From an uncultured Candidatus Saccharibacteria bacterium (GTDB lineage: Bacteria; Patescibacteriota; Minisyncoccia; Phycocordibacterales; SIBU01), in NCBI GenBank assembly GCA_964355335.1, contig CAYHDB010000003.1, positions 1 through 48,596 of the forward strand: a DNA stretch of 48,596 bases, read 5' to 3'. Positions 15,495-24,810 of the stretch are shown one piece after another. The notes under the pieces were generated by a model. It did no database searches. It had not been told where the DNA came from and saw nothing but the letters and a program-made list of their open reading frames with translations. A program made the translations under genes and the position numbers. Within the stretch, counting starts at the first letter, position 1. Each line of letters starts with the position of its first letter.

Positions 15495-16217
15495 ATGAGC
15501 ATAACTCTTGGGCCTGGAATTGTGGAAATGGAAACTGAAGAAAAAGGATTACGTCCCGGTTTTTTGTCGGACCCGTCGCTGTGGTTTCTCGTCGTGGCAA
15601 ACGTGTTCACGATTTATTTTGCGCTTACCGAACACTGGAGTCTGGTCATTCTGATGTTGGTCTATTGGGCGCAGAGCATCATCATCGGCCTTTTCAATTT
15701 CTTTCGCATCTTACTGCTTAAGAATTTCTCTACGAGCGGATTTAGGGTGAATGGACGGGCAGTTTCCGCAACCAAAGGGACAAAAGTTAAAACGGCTTTA
15801 TTCTTCGCGTTTCATTACGGGTTTTTCCACGTAGGGTATCTTATTTTTATTTTTTCCGGCTTTACGGGGGTAGGGTTTGGAGTGACGGCACCATCCGTTC
15901 CTGTGCAGGCAAGTTTTCTCGCCATCGGTGTATCCATACTTATTTTCTTTATAAACCACGCATTTTCTTTTTTCTACAACCTCAAGGCGGAGGAGTCAGT
16001 CCGTCGCAACATCGGTGAAGTAATGTTTGGCCCATACGCGCGTATTGTTCCGATGCATGCCACCATTGTTCTCGGTTTCAACCCGGCATTCGGCGCGAGC
16101 GGGGCGTTCGCGCTTCCGCTTTTTCTTGTACTGAAAGCGGTTATGGATGTGGTAATGCATTACGCAGAGCATCGGAAGGCCCGGCTTCCAGAAAGGACAG
16201 AATTAAGTAAGGAATAA
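15495..16217 (+). CDS. Multi-pass membrane protein (DUF6498-like)
   Basis: LVYWAQSIIIG, FFAFHYGFFH and PYARIVPMH motifs. Confidence 0.7.
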   Translation: MSITLGPGIVEMETEEKGLRPGFLSDPSLWFLVVANVFTIYFALTEHWSLVILMLVYWAQSIIIGLFNFFRILLLKNFSTSGFRVNGRAVSATKGTKVKTALFFAFHYGFFHVGYLIFIFSGFTGVGFGVTAPSVPVQASFLAIGVSILIFFINHAFSFFYNLKAEESVRRNIGEVMFGPYARIVPMHATIVLGFNPAFGASGAFALPLFLVLKAVMDVVMHYAEHRKARLPERTELSKE

Positions 16218-16237
16218 TTGCATGATATACTTTTAAC

Positions 16238-16585
16238 ATGAAAATAGAACGATTTCACGATGGTGTTGTAGATGGTCGAAACGACCACGCTACAAATGTT
16301 TTTGAAACGACAGATCAAGTCGCTTTCAAGAACGCGTTTCATGATACGCTTGTCGCGTACGAGGAGTGGGAGAAGTTGAAGGACGACCCATCGAAGAGAA
16401 ACTTATCCGAGAAGATTGTTATCGCGTTTCAGAAGGCTTCAAGTCTTGGCGGTGATGAGTCGATTGAGGCTCAACGTTCAGTGAGTGAAATCGAATCGAG
16501 GTTGATGGGGAAGCAAGGTCCTTCAGTAGAACAGAATGCCGGTTATGATGCCTCGGCAATGCGTGACAGTTTTTTTCATCGTTAG
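16238..16585 (+). CDS. Hypothetical protein
   Basis: ORF preceded by TGATATACT-N6-ATG. Confidence 0.65.
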   Translation: MKIERFHDGVVDGRNDHATNVFETTDQVAFKNAFHDTLVAYEEWEKLKDDPSKRNLSEKIVIAFQKASSLGGDESIEAQRSVSEIESRLMGKQGPSVEQNAGYDASAMRDSFFHR

Positions 16586-16669
16586 GATGTCTATCATAGA
16601 AAGTTAGGTTATATGTTTGAATGATGGGCAAGAGCTATTGCTAAAACTTTAAGTTGCATGAATATGAAA

Positions 16670-16693
16670 AAACTGAGCAGGAGTGCTCAGTTT
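16670..16693. terminator. Bidirectional terminator between convergent genes
   Basis: AAACTGAGCA-GGAG-TGCTCAGTTT. Confidence 0.7.
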
Positions 16694-16709
16694 GTTGGGG
16701 AAGTTGTGA

Positions 16710-17246
16710 CTAGAGGATTTCGGCAACTTCGTCCCACGAGTTGGCCAAGATTATCTTGCTGGTCGTCACGAGTTGCCAATGCGCCTTACAGTCAATCTCA
16801 TCCGTTGGACAGAACAGGATTAGTCTGTTGGCTACATTGATCATGGAACGAAGTACGTCGAGGCGGTCGTCTATCATAACATCCGCACGCAGGCGTTTGC
16901 AGATGTCGGCTTTTTCCTCCCGTCTGTAACAGAAAGCCGGACCGTCCTTCGAAACCACGAATTCGTTTCCTTTCTGTCTTCGTATCCAATCACCGCAGGA
17001 TTGCGCGTAGCCTTGATTCATGACTCTCGAGACCACGTGGATGTTCGGGTATCCTCGGTCGCGTCTTTCTTTCAGGATTTTGAGGATTTCAAATGCGTCA
17101 GGCATTGGCCTTATTTTGGCGTAGTCTAAAACTGAGAGAGGACTGGGTGGCATGATGTCACCGGTCGCGGTGGTGCTGTTCATGATGACTCCGCCAAGGC
17201 CGACACACAACACACGGCCACCTTCGTTGGTCGTCTTCGTATTCAT
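16710..17246 (-). CDS. HAD-like protein with degenerate motif I
   Basis: CVGLGGVI in place of xDxGGV, HVVSR and MIDDRLD. Paralog of 47911..48465. Confidence 0.65.
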   Translation of the reverse strand: MNTKTTNEGGRVLCVGLGGVIMNSTTATGDIMPPSPLSVLDYAKIRPMPDAFEILKILKERRDRGYPNIHVVSRVMNQGYAQSCGDWIRRQKGNEFVVSKDGPAFCYRREEKADICKRLRADVMIDDRLDVLRSMINVANRLILFCPTDEIDCKAHWQLVTTSKIILANSWDEVAEIL

Positions 17247-17292
17247 AATTTGAGAGCTTTCTTTTTATCGATTTTCAGTTTTGTCTGGCGAG

Positions 17293-17321
17293 ATTGTATG
17301 GATAATGTTGTCCAATGTCAA
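17293..17321 (-). promoter_or_regulatory. Near-consensus sigma70 promoter
   Basis: TTGACA-N17-TACAAT upstream of the 17246 start. A divergent TGGTATAAT lies at 17330-17338. Confidence 0.8.
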
Positions 17322-17367
17322 CAAACAGATGGTATAATAGCTTTATTAACATTAACTAACCCTAGTT

Positions 17368-17610
17368 ATGGAATATCTCCAACCTGTTTCTATCGCACTT
17401 GAAGCGCTTGTCGCTGTTTTTGCCATTCTCTCGGCTATGAAGCGTCGCAGTTATCTCTACGGCCTAGCCGTGACTTTTGGCATTTATGTATATTACGATT
17501 TTGCGAAGTTGTACGATTTACCGATTTCGGCAGGTATTTTGTCCGGTATGTTTTTTGTCGCGACTCTGACTGCGCTTTATTCCGTCTACAATATTTATAA
17601 AAGAAGTTAA
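17368..17610 (+). CDS. Small three-helix membrane protein
   Basis: 80 aa, three hydrophobic segments. Confidence 0.7.
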   Translation: MEYLQPVSIALEALVAVFAILSAMKRRSYLYGLAVTFGIYVYYDFAKLYDLPISAGILSGMFFVATLTALYSVYNIYKRS

Positions 17611-17620
17611 TTTATTATTT

Positions 17621-18658
17621 ATGGATTTTCTATCAAAATACAATCTGACTCCAGCGAAGGTGGCAAAAATTGTTTTTATCGGTATAGGTTTGGTCATCCT
17701 TCTTGCACTGCTACTTTCGGTAGTCACATCATTCACAAAGCAGGGTGGAGGCACGTTTTCTATTGGCGGTAGCATCCCCTCTGCTTCGGTAGCATACGAT
17801 TCGTATGCGAATTACGGCGAGAGCTCAGTTTCTTACGGAGGCAGTGCGGGGAAGACACTTTCCACTCGAAATGTCATGCCAATTATTCCTCCAAGAGGAG
17901 GTACGACAGATAATGACGCGGAAGCGTATGAAGTGACCGATTATTCTGCACGTTTTGAGACACGAAACACTGCGAAAACCTGCGGAGAAATAAAAGAGTT
18001 GAAATCACTTTCGTATGTTATCTTCGAGAGTACTTCGGAGTCCGATAGACAGTGTTATTTTAATTTTAAAGTTGAACACGAAAATGTGGATGAGATTCTT
18101 TCGACAGTCAAATCTATGGACCCGAAAGATTTTACCGAAAATATTCAGACGATCAAGCGACAAATTGATGATTTCACGAGTGAGACGGAAATATTAGAAA
18201 AGAAGCGTGACTCGATAGACAGGACGCTTACGAATGCGTTGCTTGCCTATGACGAGATTACCGCGCTTGCTACGCGTACGCAAAACGCTGACGCGCTGGC
18301 TAAAATCATCGACAGCAAAATCGGTATTATCGAGCGTTTGACGCAGGAGAGGATAAACATTAATGCCCAGCTCGATCAGCTAGAGCGAGCAAAGTCAGAC
18401 CAGCTCGACCGATTAAAGTATACGTTTTTCAACGTAAGTGTGTATGAAAATAAGTTCTTTGATGGAGAAAACCTCGCGGATTCATGGAAGGCCTCGTTTA
18501 AGAGTCTGATAAACACCATAAGCTCAGTGCTTCAGTCTGTCACAATAGGTCTAGCCGGATTCCTACTTTGGCTTTTACCGATTCTTCTATACATATTTAT
18601 CGCAGTATTGCTGGCCAAGTATGCTTGGAAAGCCGTCAAATATATTTGGACAAAGTAG
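17621..18658 (+). CDS. DUF4349-like membrane-anchored coiled-coil protein
   Basis: N-terminal TM, long coiled coil and C-terminal TM pair. Confidence 0.6.
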   Translation: MDFLSKYNLTPAKVAKIVFIGIGLVILLALLLSVVTSFTKQGGGTFSIGGSIPSASVAYDSYANYGESSVSYGGSAGKTLSTRNVMPIIPPRGGTTDNDAEAYEVTDYSARFETRNTAKTCGEIKELKSLSYVIFESTSESDRQCYFNFKVEHENVDEILSTVKSMDPKDFTENIQTIKRQIDDFTSETEILEKKRDSIDRTLTNALLAYDEITALATRTQNADALAKIIDSKIGIIERLTQERININAQLDQLERAKSDQLDRLKYTFFNVSVYENKFFDGENLADSWKASFKSLINTISSVLQSVTIGLAGFLLWLLPILLYIFIAVLLAKYAWKAVKYIWTK

Positions 18659-18709
18659 TCAAAATGGCGTATTAGGGCGCAATAGTGGCGCAGGTGCTAT
18701 AATGCTCCT

Positions 18710-19645
18710 GTGGAACCTCAAGATAAAAAAAGCCCATTTCATCATATGATTCCTGCGGGAATTGTATTTGTCGTGCTTGGCACGGTTTTTATATATCTAT
18801 TTATTCGCGTTTCCACATTGTCCCAATATGTAGGGACTCTTACCTCCGAATTGGCATCCACCACTTCCGCGCTGGCGAAAAATACGAACCAGCTTTCGGA
18901 GAATCTCACCGATTTGCGCTCACAGACTAGCGGGCTTTCCAACACTCTTTCGAACGCTCAACAAAATATTGATGATGTGAAATCAAAGGTTGGGGGAGTG
19001 GAACAGACTGTCGGTTCCATATCGGGCACTGTCGGAAACCTACAGAAACTTTCGCAGATTGACCCGGAACTTCTGAAGAAGTATTCCAAGGTGTATTTTA
19101 TGAATGAGAATTATGTGCCCGCGCACCTGACCGATATCCCGGTAGATTATAGGTTCAGCCAGACTCGAAACGAACAATTTATGACTGAGGCATGGCCATT
19201 TCTCAAGATAATGCTCGATGCGGCAAAAGCCAATGGAAAGCCATTGTATGTAAAGTCCGCATACAGATCATTTGACGAACAACAATCTCTCAAGTCCGTG
19301 TACACCGTCGTGTACGGAGCCGGTACCGCCAATTCGTTTTCCGCGGACCAGGGATATTCGGAACATCAGCTTGGGACGACTTTGGATTTTATCGGTACCC
19401 GTACAAGTACCGCTAAGCTCGAGAGTTTTGAGAGTACGGATTCATACAAATGGCTTCTCGATAACGCGTATCGTTTCGGTTTTGTACTTTCATATCCGAA
19501 AGGCAATACCTACTACGTGTATGAGCCGTGGCATTGGCGTTTTGTCGGTGTGAAGCTTGCTACAAGCCTTCATGACAATAAATTGAACTTTTATGATGTG
19601 GATCAACGACAAATCGACGCCTACTTGATAAGCGTTTTTGATTGA
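18710..19645 (+). CDS. M15B (VanY-like) D,D-carboxypeptidase with N-terminal TM and coiled-coil stalk
   Basis: SAYRS, SEHQLGTTLD and EPWHW. GTG start after TGCTATAAT-N6. Confidence 0.88.
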   Translation: MEPQDKKSPFHHMIPAGIVFVVLGTVFIYLFIRVSTLSQYVGTLTSELASTTSALAKNTNQLSENLTDLRSQTSGLSNTLSNAQQNIDDVKSKVGGVEQTVGSISGTVGNLQKLSQIDPELLKKYSKVYFMNENYVPAHLTDIPVDYRFSQTRNEQFMTEAWPFLKIMLDAAKANGKPLYVKSAYRSFDEQQSLKSVYTVVYGAGTANSFSADQGYSEHQLGTTLDFIGTRTSTAKLESFESTDSYKWLLDNAYRFGFVLSYPKGNTYYVYEPWHWRFVGVKLATSLHDNKLNFYDVDQRQIDAYLISVFD

Positions 19646-19763
19646 TATTCTCTCAGACATGGTCTGGTTTGTCTTTTGAAAACTGTAATAAATTTCGGTA
19701 CAGCTCGTCTATATTTATAACGTATTCAAACCTTTTATTATTATCGTGTTATACTAAATCAAT

Positions 19764-20672
19764 ATGAAAAACACACTCATTGCTCTTTTTGTCGTCATTA
19801 TCGTAGGTTTTGGCGTATATTTTCTTTTTCAGAGTCCGATAGCCCCTAAATCGGATGATAAGGTTGTCGTGACTGCTCCGACTGACGACAGTCAGAAGAC
19901 TGATACGGAGACGGTGAAGATAGAAGATAAAAGTAAGACGGTCATCGGCAAATCTGTCGAGGGTCGTGATATTGTCGCATATCACTATGGTGCCGGTACT
20001 AAAGAAGTGTTGTTTGTCGGAGGTATTCATGGCGGTTACTCATGGAATACGGCCAAAGTCGCATATGAGGCGATGGAGTATTTCAAGGCAAATCCGACCG
20101 CTATTCCACAAAGTCTAAAAGTCACGGTTATCCCCGCGGTAAATCCCGACGGATTGTTTGATGTTGTCGCTACTACGGAAGATTTCAAAGCTTCAGATGT
20201 GAATCCTTCACAAGCTGTCCAGACAGCCGGACGTTTCAATTCAAATAACGTAGATATCAATCGCAATTTTGACTGCAATTGGAAATCAAGCGCAAAATGG
20301 CAGAGTAAGACGGTAAGTGGGGGAAGCGCAGTATTTTCAGAACCTGAAAGTCAGGCGATAAAAGCATATGTCGAAGGAAGCTATCCTGTGGCGGTGGTTG
20401 CTTGGTACAGTTCGGCCGGTGGTGTCTACTCATCCAGTTGCAATAGCGGTGTTTCTGCGGAGACAAAGACGATAACAAATCTATTCGCTGACGCTTCGGG
20501 GTATCCCGCCTACCAGAGCTTTGATGTCTATGAGACTACGGGCGATATGGTCAATTGGATGGCTAAGAAAAATATTCCTGCTATTAGTGTACTTCTCACA
20601 AATCACACCGATACAGAGTGGACAAAGAACCAAAAGGGTATTGAGTCTCTACTTAAGTACTACTCGAAATAA
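19764..20672 (+). CDS. M14 carboxypeptidase homolog, predicted catalytically inactive
   Basis: M14 fold motifs (GGIHGG, NPDG, NRNF, EPES) are present, but the Zn-ligand Glu and His and the catalytic Glu are replaced. Confidence 0.75.
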   Translation: MKNTLIALFVVIIVGFGVYFLFQSPIAPKSDDKVVVTAPTDDSQKTDTETVKIEDKSKTVIGKSVEGRDIVAYHYGAGTKEVLFVGGIHGGYSWNTAKVAYEAMEYFKANPTAIPQSLKVTVIPAVNPDGLFDVVATTEDFKASDVNPSQAVQTAGRFNSNNVDINRNFDCNWKSSAKWQSKTVSGGSAVFSEPESQAIKAYVEGSYPVAVVAWYSSAGGVYSSSCNSGVSAETKTITNLFADASGYPAYQSFDVYETTGDMVNWMAKKNIPAISVLLTNHTDTEWTKNQKGIESLLKYYSK

Positions 20673-21553
20673 TGCGTTCACCTTTCACGAGGCCGGTCAC
20701 TATAATAATTATCATTTTTATAGTGATTGTTTTAGGTGTGGTCGCGGTGCTTAGTTTTTCAAAAAAAGAGCCCGTGGTAATCCCGGTTGTCGTAAAGGAA
20801 ATTTTGGAGCCGGTGCATAAGGTAATCGGTAGGTCGGTAGATGGACGCGACATTGATTCCTACACTTACGGCTCCGGCGAAAAACGTCTTCTTCTTGTAG
20901 GGGGTATTCACGGAGGATATGAATGGAACAGTGTTTCTCTCGTGTATTTGTTCAAGGATTATCTGGACGCCAATCCAGAGATTGTACCGAAAAATATTAC
21001 TGTAACTGTTATCCCGTCAGCCAATCCGGATGGAGTATTCCGCGTGACCGGAAAAGAGGGTCGTTTTGATATTTCCGATGTCTCTAAAGACAAAAAAGTT
21101 CTAGCATCGGGACGTTTCAATGCGAATGAAGTGGACCTCAATCGCAACTTTGATTGTAAGTGGCAACCGAAAAGCACCTGGCAACAAAAAACTGTAAGTG
21201 CCGGTACGAAGCCTTTTTCTGAGCCTGAGTCGGAAGCCTTGCGAAGTTTCATTTCGGAAAATAATCCGTCTGCCGTGATTTTCTGGCACAGTCAATCCAA
21301 TGGCGTGTACGCCTCACAATGTGAAAGGGGTATTCTCCCCGGTACTCTTGAGATTATGAATGTTTACTCGAGTGCTTCCGGCTATCCTGCGATAAAAACA
21401 TTTGATGCGTATGTGACCACGGGAGCGATTGAGGATTGGCTTGCGTCAATCAATATTCCCGCAGTTACCGTGGAGCTTTCCACGCACGAAACCCTCGAAT
21501 GGGAAAAGAATCTTGCCGGTATCAAGGCAATACTGCAATACTACAGAGAATAA
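20672..21553 (+). CDS. M14 zinc carboxypeptidase (MpaA-like), predicted active
   Basis: HGGYE, DLNRNF, EPES, FWHS and TVEL all intact. Start overlaps the upstream stop by 1 nt. Confidence 0.85.
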   Translation: MRSPFTRPVTIIIIIFIVIVLGVVAVLSFSKKEPVVIPVVVKEILEPVHKVIGRSVDGRDIDSYTYGSGEKRLLLVGGIHGGYEWNSVSLVYLFKDYLDANPEIVPKNITVTVIPSANPDGVFRVTGKEGRFDISDVSKDKKVLASGRFNANEVDLNRNFDCKWQPKSTWQQKTVSAGTKPFSEPESEALRSFISENNPSAVIFWHSQSNGVYASQCERGILPGTLEIMNVYSSASGYPAIKTFDAYVTTGAIEDWLASINIPAVTVELSTHETLEWEKNLAGIKAILQYYRE

Positions 21554-21609
21554 AAAGTGGGAATAGTTTGTGTTATAATTTTGATATTATAAGTAACTAT
21601 TTTATCTAA

Positions 21610-21981
21610 ATGGAACTAGCGTTTGTCGTCGCGAAAGTGTTCGCGATTTACCTAATAGTAAGCGGAGCTTTTCTTGTCGTTAAGGGCAAGACCTTGCCTG
21701 TAATCCTCAAGGATTTTTTTGCACATCCCGCCGTTGTCTATCTCACTGGGGTTATTTTGGTTTTTATCGGTTCGGTAATGCTTATCCAATACAACGTCTG
21801 GAGTAGCTCGTTTAAAGTTGCGGTGACTATTTTCGGCTGGCTCGCTTTGGCCAAAGGTCTTACATATATTTTCTTTCCGGAATTACTATCTGAATTGCCG
21901 GTCAGAAAGATGCGAAGTTGGTTCGGGATATTAGGCGTGATTCTCGTCACGGCCGGTATCTTTATTTTCCGCGCTCTCTAA
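21610..21981 (+). CDS. Small four-helix membrane protein
   Basis: Four hydrophobic segments. Confidence 0.7.
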   Translation: MELAFVVAKVFAIYLIVSGAFLVVKGKTLPVILKDFFAHPAVVYLTGVILVFIGSVMLIQYNVWSSSFKVAVTIFGWLALAKGLTYIFFPELLSELPVRKMRSWFGILGVILVTAGIFIFRAL

Positions 21982-21988
21982 ATCGTCC

Positions 21989-22687
21989 CTAATAATTCCT
22001 CTCCGCATACACCGACATACTTCGGCGTTTTGAGGCGTGTCCATCCTCACGGTGTCGATGAGATTTGGATATTTTGTGGACTGTGAAATGCAAGGCGAGA
22101 GCTTCGTGAATTTCTTCTTCCGTGAAGACATGCTCGGCTACACCGATTTTAGGATGGATATATGAGCCGGGCTCATTCGCAGGATTGTCACGCAGAAGTT
22201 GTTTGGCATGGAGGTCCTCATCCAGAAGAAAAGTTTTAAGAAAAAGCCAGCCTCCGGGTTTTAATACTCGCGCAATTTCTTCGACAAGATTTCTGCGGTC
22301 GGAAGCTTCCAGAAAATGTGAAGTCATCATATCCAGGACGATTGATTGTGATGAGTCGGGTAGGGGAAATGTCCCGGCAATCGAGCGTACCTCATACTGT
22401 ATGGGAAGATTTTCGCTTGATTTTTTTGCGATATTGACGGCTTCGTTTGAGATATCGTAGCCCATCCCTCGCATACCGAAGTTCTCCGCAAGATATATGA
22501 GGTTGCGTCCGTTACCACAACCAAGGTCTAGGACGCTTGAAGTGGGGTTTAAGATTTTTCTGCCGTGAGAGCGTTCAAGAAATCTGGTGAATTTGATCAA
22601 ATCACCACTTGGTTCTTCCGAAAGTGCCAGATGTCCCCCTTTTTTGTATTCCTTATTCCAAAAATCGCTGTTTTTTTGCATTGTCAC
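21989..22687 (-). CDS. Class I SAM-dependent methyltransferase
   Basis: VLDLGCGNGRN, GYDIS and RVLKPGG. Start may be the ATG at 22681. Confidence 0.88.
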   Translation of the reverse strand: MTMQKNSDFWNKEYKKGGHLALSEEPSGDLIKFTRFLERSHGRKILNPTSSVLDLGCGNGRNLIYLAENFGMRGMGYDISNEAVNIAKKSSENLPIQYEVRSIAGTFPLPDSSQSIVLDMMTSHFLEASDRRNLVEEIARVLKPGGWLFLKTFLLDEDLHAKQLLRDNPANEPGSYIHPKIGVAEHVFTEEEIHEALALHFTVHKISKSHRHREDGHASKRRSMSVYAERNY

Positions 22688-22753
22688 TTCATACTACAAC
22701 AAAGACAGAAATCTCGCATCTTACTCGTTAATTATGTATACTTTGAAAAACCT

Positions 22754-23494
22754 ATGATAGATACCAAAACATTCATATATGGAAAGCACGCCTTGGCGGA
22801 AGCTCTTACTCATGCGAGGAGGGCAGTTTCTGAGGTGTTTATTACCAAACAATTCGATGACCAGGAGTTCATCTCTTTTCTGAAGAAGTCCGGTATTTCT
22901 GTAGTTAACAAACTTCCTTCAGGAATAGATGCCACAGCGGTCCATCAAGGAGTTGTCGCTACAGTTTCCTTCGCTCATTTGATTCGCGATTACGGTGAGT
23001 TTGCAGAACAGCTTATTGTCGGTCCGGAAACCTCACTTGTCCTTTTGGCGGAAGTGCAAGACCCACAAAATGTCGGAGCGGTGATACGAAGCGCAGCAGC
23101 TTTCGGTGTCTCGGGGGTCCTTATACCGGAGCACAATCAAGCCCAAATTACCGGAGCAGTCGCAAAGGTTTCAGCGGGTATGGCGTTTCGCGTACCACTC
23201 GTCTCTATTGGAAATATAAACACGACATTGCGCGATTTGAAGGACAGGGGATTTGCAGTTTACGGTCTCTCGGGGGATGCGAAATATGTTGTGACAAAGG
23301 AGGAGTTTGCTTTGCCGACAGTTTTTGTCCTCGGTAATGAGTCTGAGGGTATAAGAGAAAAGACAAAAGAACTTTGTGATAAACTACTTTCGATTCCGAT
23401 GCACCCGCAGTGTGAATCGCTCAATGCCGCCACTTCGGCATCAATCGCATTTTATGCTTGGAGCGCGAAGCATCAGAAGGCTCTCCGAGGTTAA
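22754..23494 (+). CDS. rlmB: TrmH/SpoU RNA 2'-O-methyltransferase, RlmB-like
   Basis: YGKHA, VQDPQNVGAVIRSA, GNESEG and ESLNAA. ATG at 22754 preferred over 22565. Confidence 0.85.
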   Translation: MIDTKTFIYGKHALAEALTHARRAVSEVFITKQFDDQEFISFLKKSGISVVNKLPSGIDATAVHQGVVATVSFAHLIRDYGEFAEQLIVGPETSLVLLAEVQDPQNVGAVIRSAAAFGVSGVLIPEHNQAQITGAVAKVSAGMAFRVPLVSIGNINTTLRDLKDRGFAVYGLSGDAKYVVTKEEFALPTVFVLGNESEGIREKTKELCDKLLSIPMHPQCESLNAATSASIAFYAWSAKHQKALRG

Positions 23495-23499
23495 ACTTA

Positions 23500-23700
23500 A
23501 TGAAGGAATATTTCAAAAGAGTAATGGCGGTAAACCCGAAGATTAAAAAAACCATCGGTGTTATTTTGATAATTGTGGGTTTCCTGGCGCTTGTCACTCC
23601 GCTTACTCCGGGTTCGTGGCTTATCTTCGTAGGACTCGAACTTCTAGGTTTCGATTTGATTTTTTGGACTAAGATAAAGGAGTGGTTTAACAAAAAATAA
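23500..23700 (+). CDS. Small membrane protein (PGPGW-like)
   Basis: Hairpin TM with TPLTPGSWL. Confidence 0.65.
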   Translation: MKEYFKRVMAVNPKIKKTIGVILIIVGFLALVTPLTPGSWLIFVGLELLGFDLIFWTKIKEWFNKK

Positions 23701-23704
23701 AATA

Positions 23705-23724
23705 CCCCAAGCTATTGCTTGGGG
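23705..23724. terminator. Terminator hairpin between convergent genes
   Basis: CCCCAAGC-TATT-GCTTGGGG, overlapping the minus-strand stop. Confidence 0.6.
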
Positions 23725-24023
23725 GTTTCTTGAGAGGGAATTGCCTTTTCAAATTTCACGAATTGGTGGAAGGTGCCACTTGTTCCTGCATTGCAGGTGC
23801 CCTTACAGGATGAGAGCATTCCTCCGGAAGATTCAGGGTTCCAATTTGCACCAACTTTGACGGTTTTTTCCGCACCGCAGGTATTGCATCTGATAAGTGC
23901 GCTTTTTTGACTGGCTGCATTCTTCCATGGACGAGACGGAGTACGTCGTCTGTGATTAAGGTAGAATGCCAAGTCATGCAGACCGCCCCGCGACGCTTTC
24001 TTTTCTTCAGTTCTTTGGCTCAT
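23712..24023 (-). CDS. Hypothetical basic protein, possible Zn ribbon
   Basis: CNTC...CKGTC. Confidence 0.55.
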   Translation of the reverse strand: MSQRTEEKKASRGGLHDLAFYLNHRRRTPSRPWKNAASQKSALIRCNTCGAEKTVKVGANWNPESSGGMLSSCKGTCNAGTSGTFHQFVKFEKAIPSQETPKQ

Positions 24024-24092
24024 AATTCAGTATTGTTCCCATCAGACATTACCACTCTTTTCTGATTTTGTCTTTTATATTTTGGAAATGAA

Positions 24093-24116
24093 AAGCGCTC
24101 GAGGATACGAGCGCTT
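24093..24116 (-). terminator. Intrinsic terminator for the 24772/24428 genes
   Basis: AAGCGCTCG/CGAGCGCTT stem with a T-rich run on the minus strand. Confidence 0.65.
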
Positions 24117-24140
24117 ACAAGAAAGAACAAGCAAGAACAT

Positions 24141-24428
24141 TCACAATTCCCATGTGTTTCCGCTATAAACCCACTTCACCCTTAGAATATTTTTGCTCCT
24201 TGCCACACTGCTCACCTGGGCTTTGAGGCGATTGAGAGTTTGCTCCTCTCCACCATCCGCCACAACAGACCAGGAGCTGACCACATTTTCAAGGTCTTTT
24301 CTCGGCACACCGTTTGTGCCAAGAGTCTCCTCATAGATGGCGGTAGCGAAGTACTCCAGTGGTTGTCCTGTCCGCACGAGATCCTCTCTCGTTTGGCTAA
24401 TCACTAACCGAATAATTTTTGTTGTCAT
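24141..24428 (-). CDS. Hypothetical protein
   Basis: 95-aa ORF coupled to the upstream gene by a 4-nt overlap. Confidence 0.65.
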   Translation of the reverse strand: MTTKIIRLVISQTREDLVRTGQPLEYFATAIYEETLGTNGVPRKDLENVVSSWSVVADGGEEQTLNRLKAQVSSVARSKNILRVKWVYSGNTWEL

Positions 24429-24772
24429 AATAGATGAGCGTCGAGAAACCAGTCGTTATAGGTTACGGGTTTGATGTCGATATGATTTTCTTCAGTGTTT
24501 AATGTTACAGGTAGTGTCTCCGAATCGGTGAGTCCTGTCACTTCGGTGATTAATTGAGATTTAATCCAACAAAGAGCATGTTCACGTATTGCTTTACAGC
24601 AATCAAATAGATTTCTTCCCGATGCGCAACACCAGAATACTTCTTCAGTTTCCGGTTCCGAGCTGAGGATTCTTTCCCCGACGACTACTTTGGCTTGATA
24701 GGTGATTCTCCCGAACTCTCCGACACGTTTGAGAATGGACAAATGAATATCCAGTGATATTTGGGTTTTCAT
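24425..24772 (-). CDS. Hypothetical protein
   Basis: 115-aa ORF, first gene of the minus-strand pair. Confidence 0.65.
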   Translation of the reverse strand: MKTQISLDIHLSILKRVGEFGRITYQAKVVVGERILSSEPETEEVFWCCASGRNLFDCCKAIREHALCWIKSQLITEVTGLTDSETLPVTLNTEENHIDIKPVTYNDWFLDAHLL

Positions 24773-24810
24773 AGATTTAGATTGTCAAAGAACCAATTTG
24801 AGATAACTCA

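Noticed and set aside
543-16585. Classical integron with attC sites
   Set aside because: There is no IntI gene, and the intergenic palindromes lack recognisable RYYYAAC/GTTRRRY boxes.
22565-22753. 63-aa N-terminal extension of RlmB
   Set aside because: It overlaps the divergent methyltransferase gene, and family similarity begins at ATG 22754.
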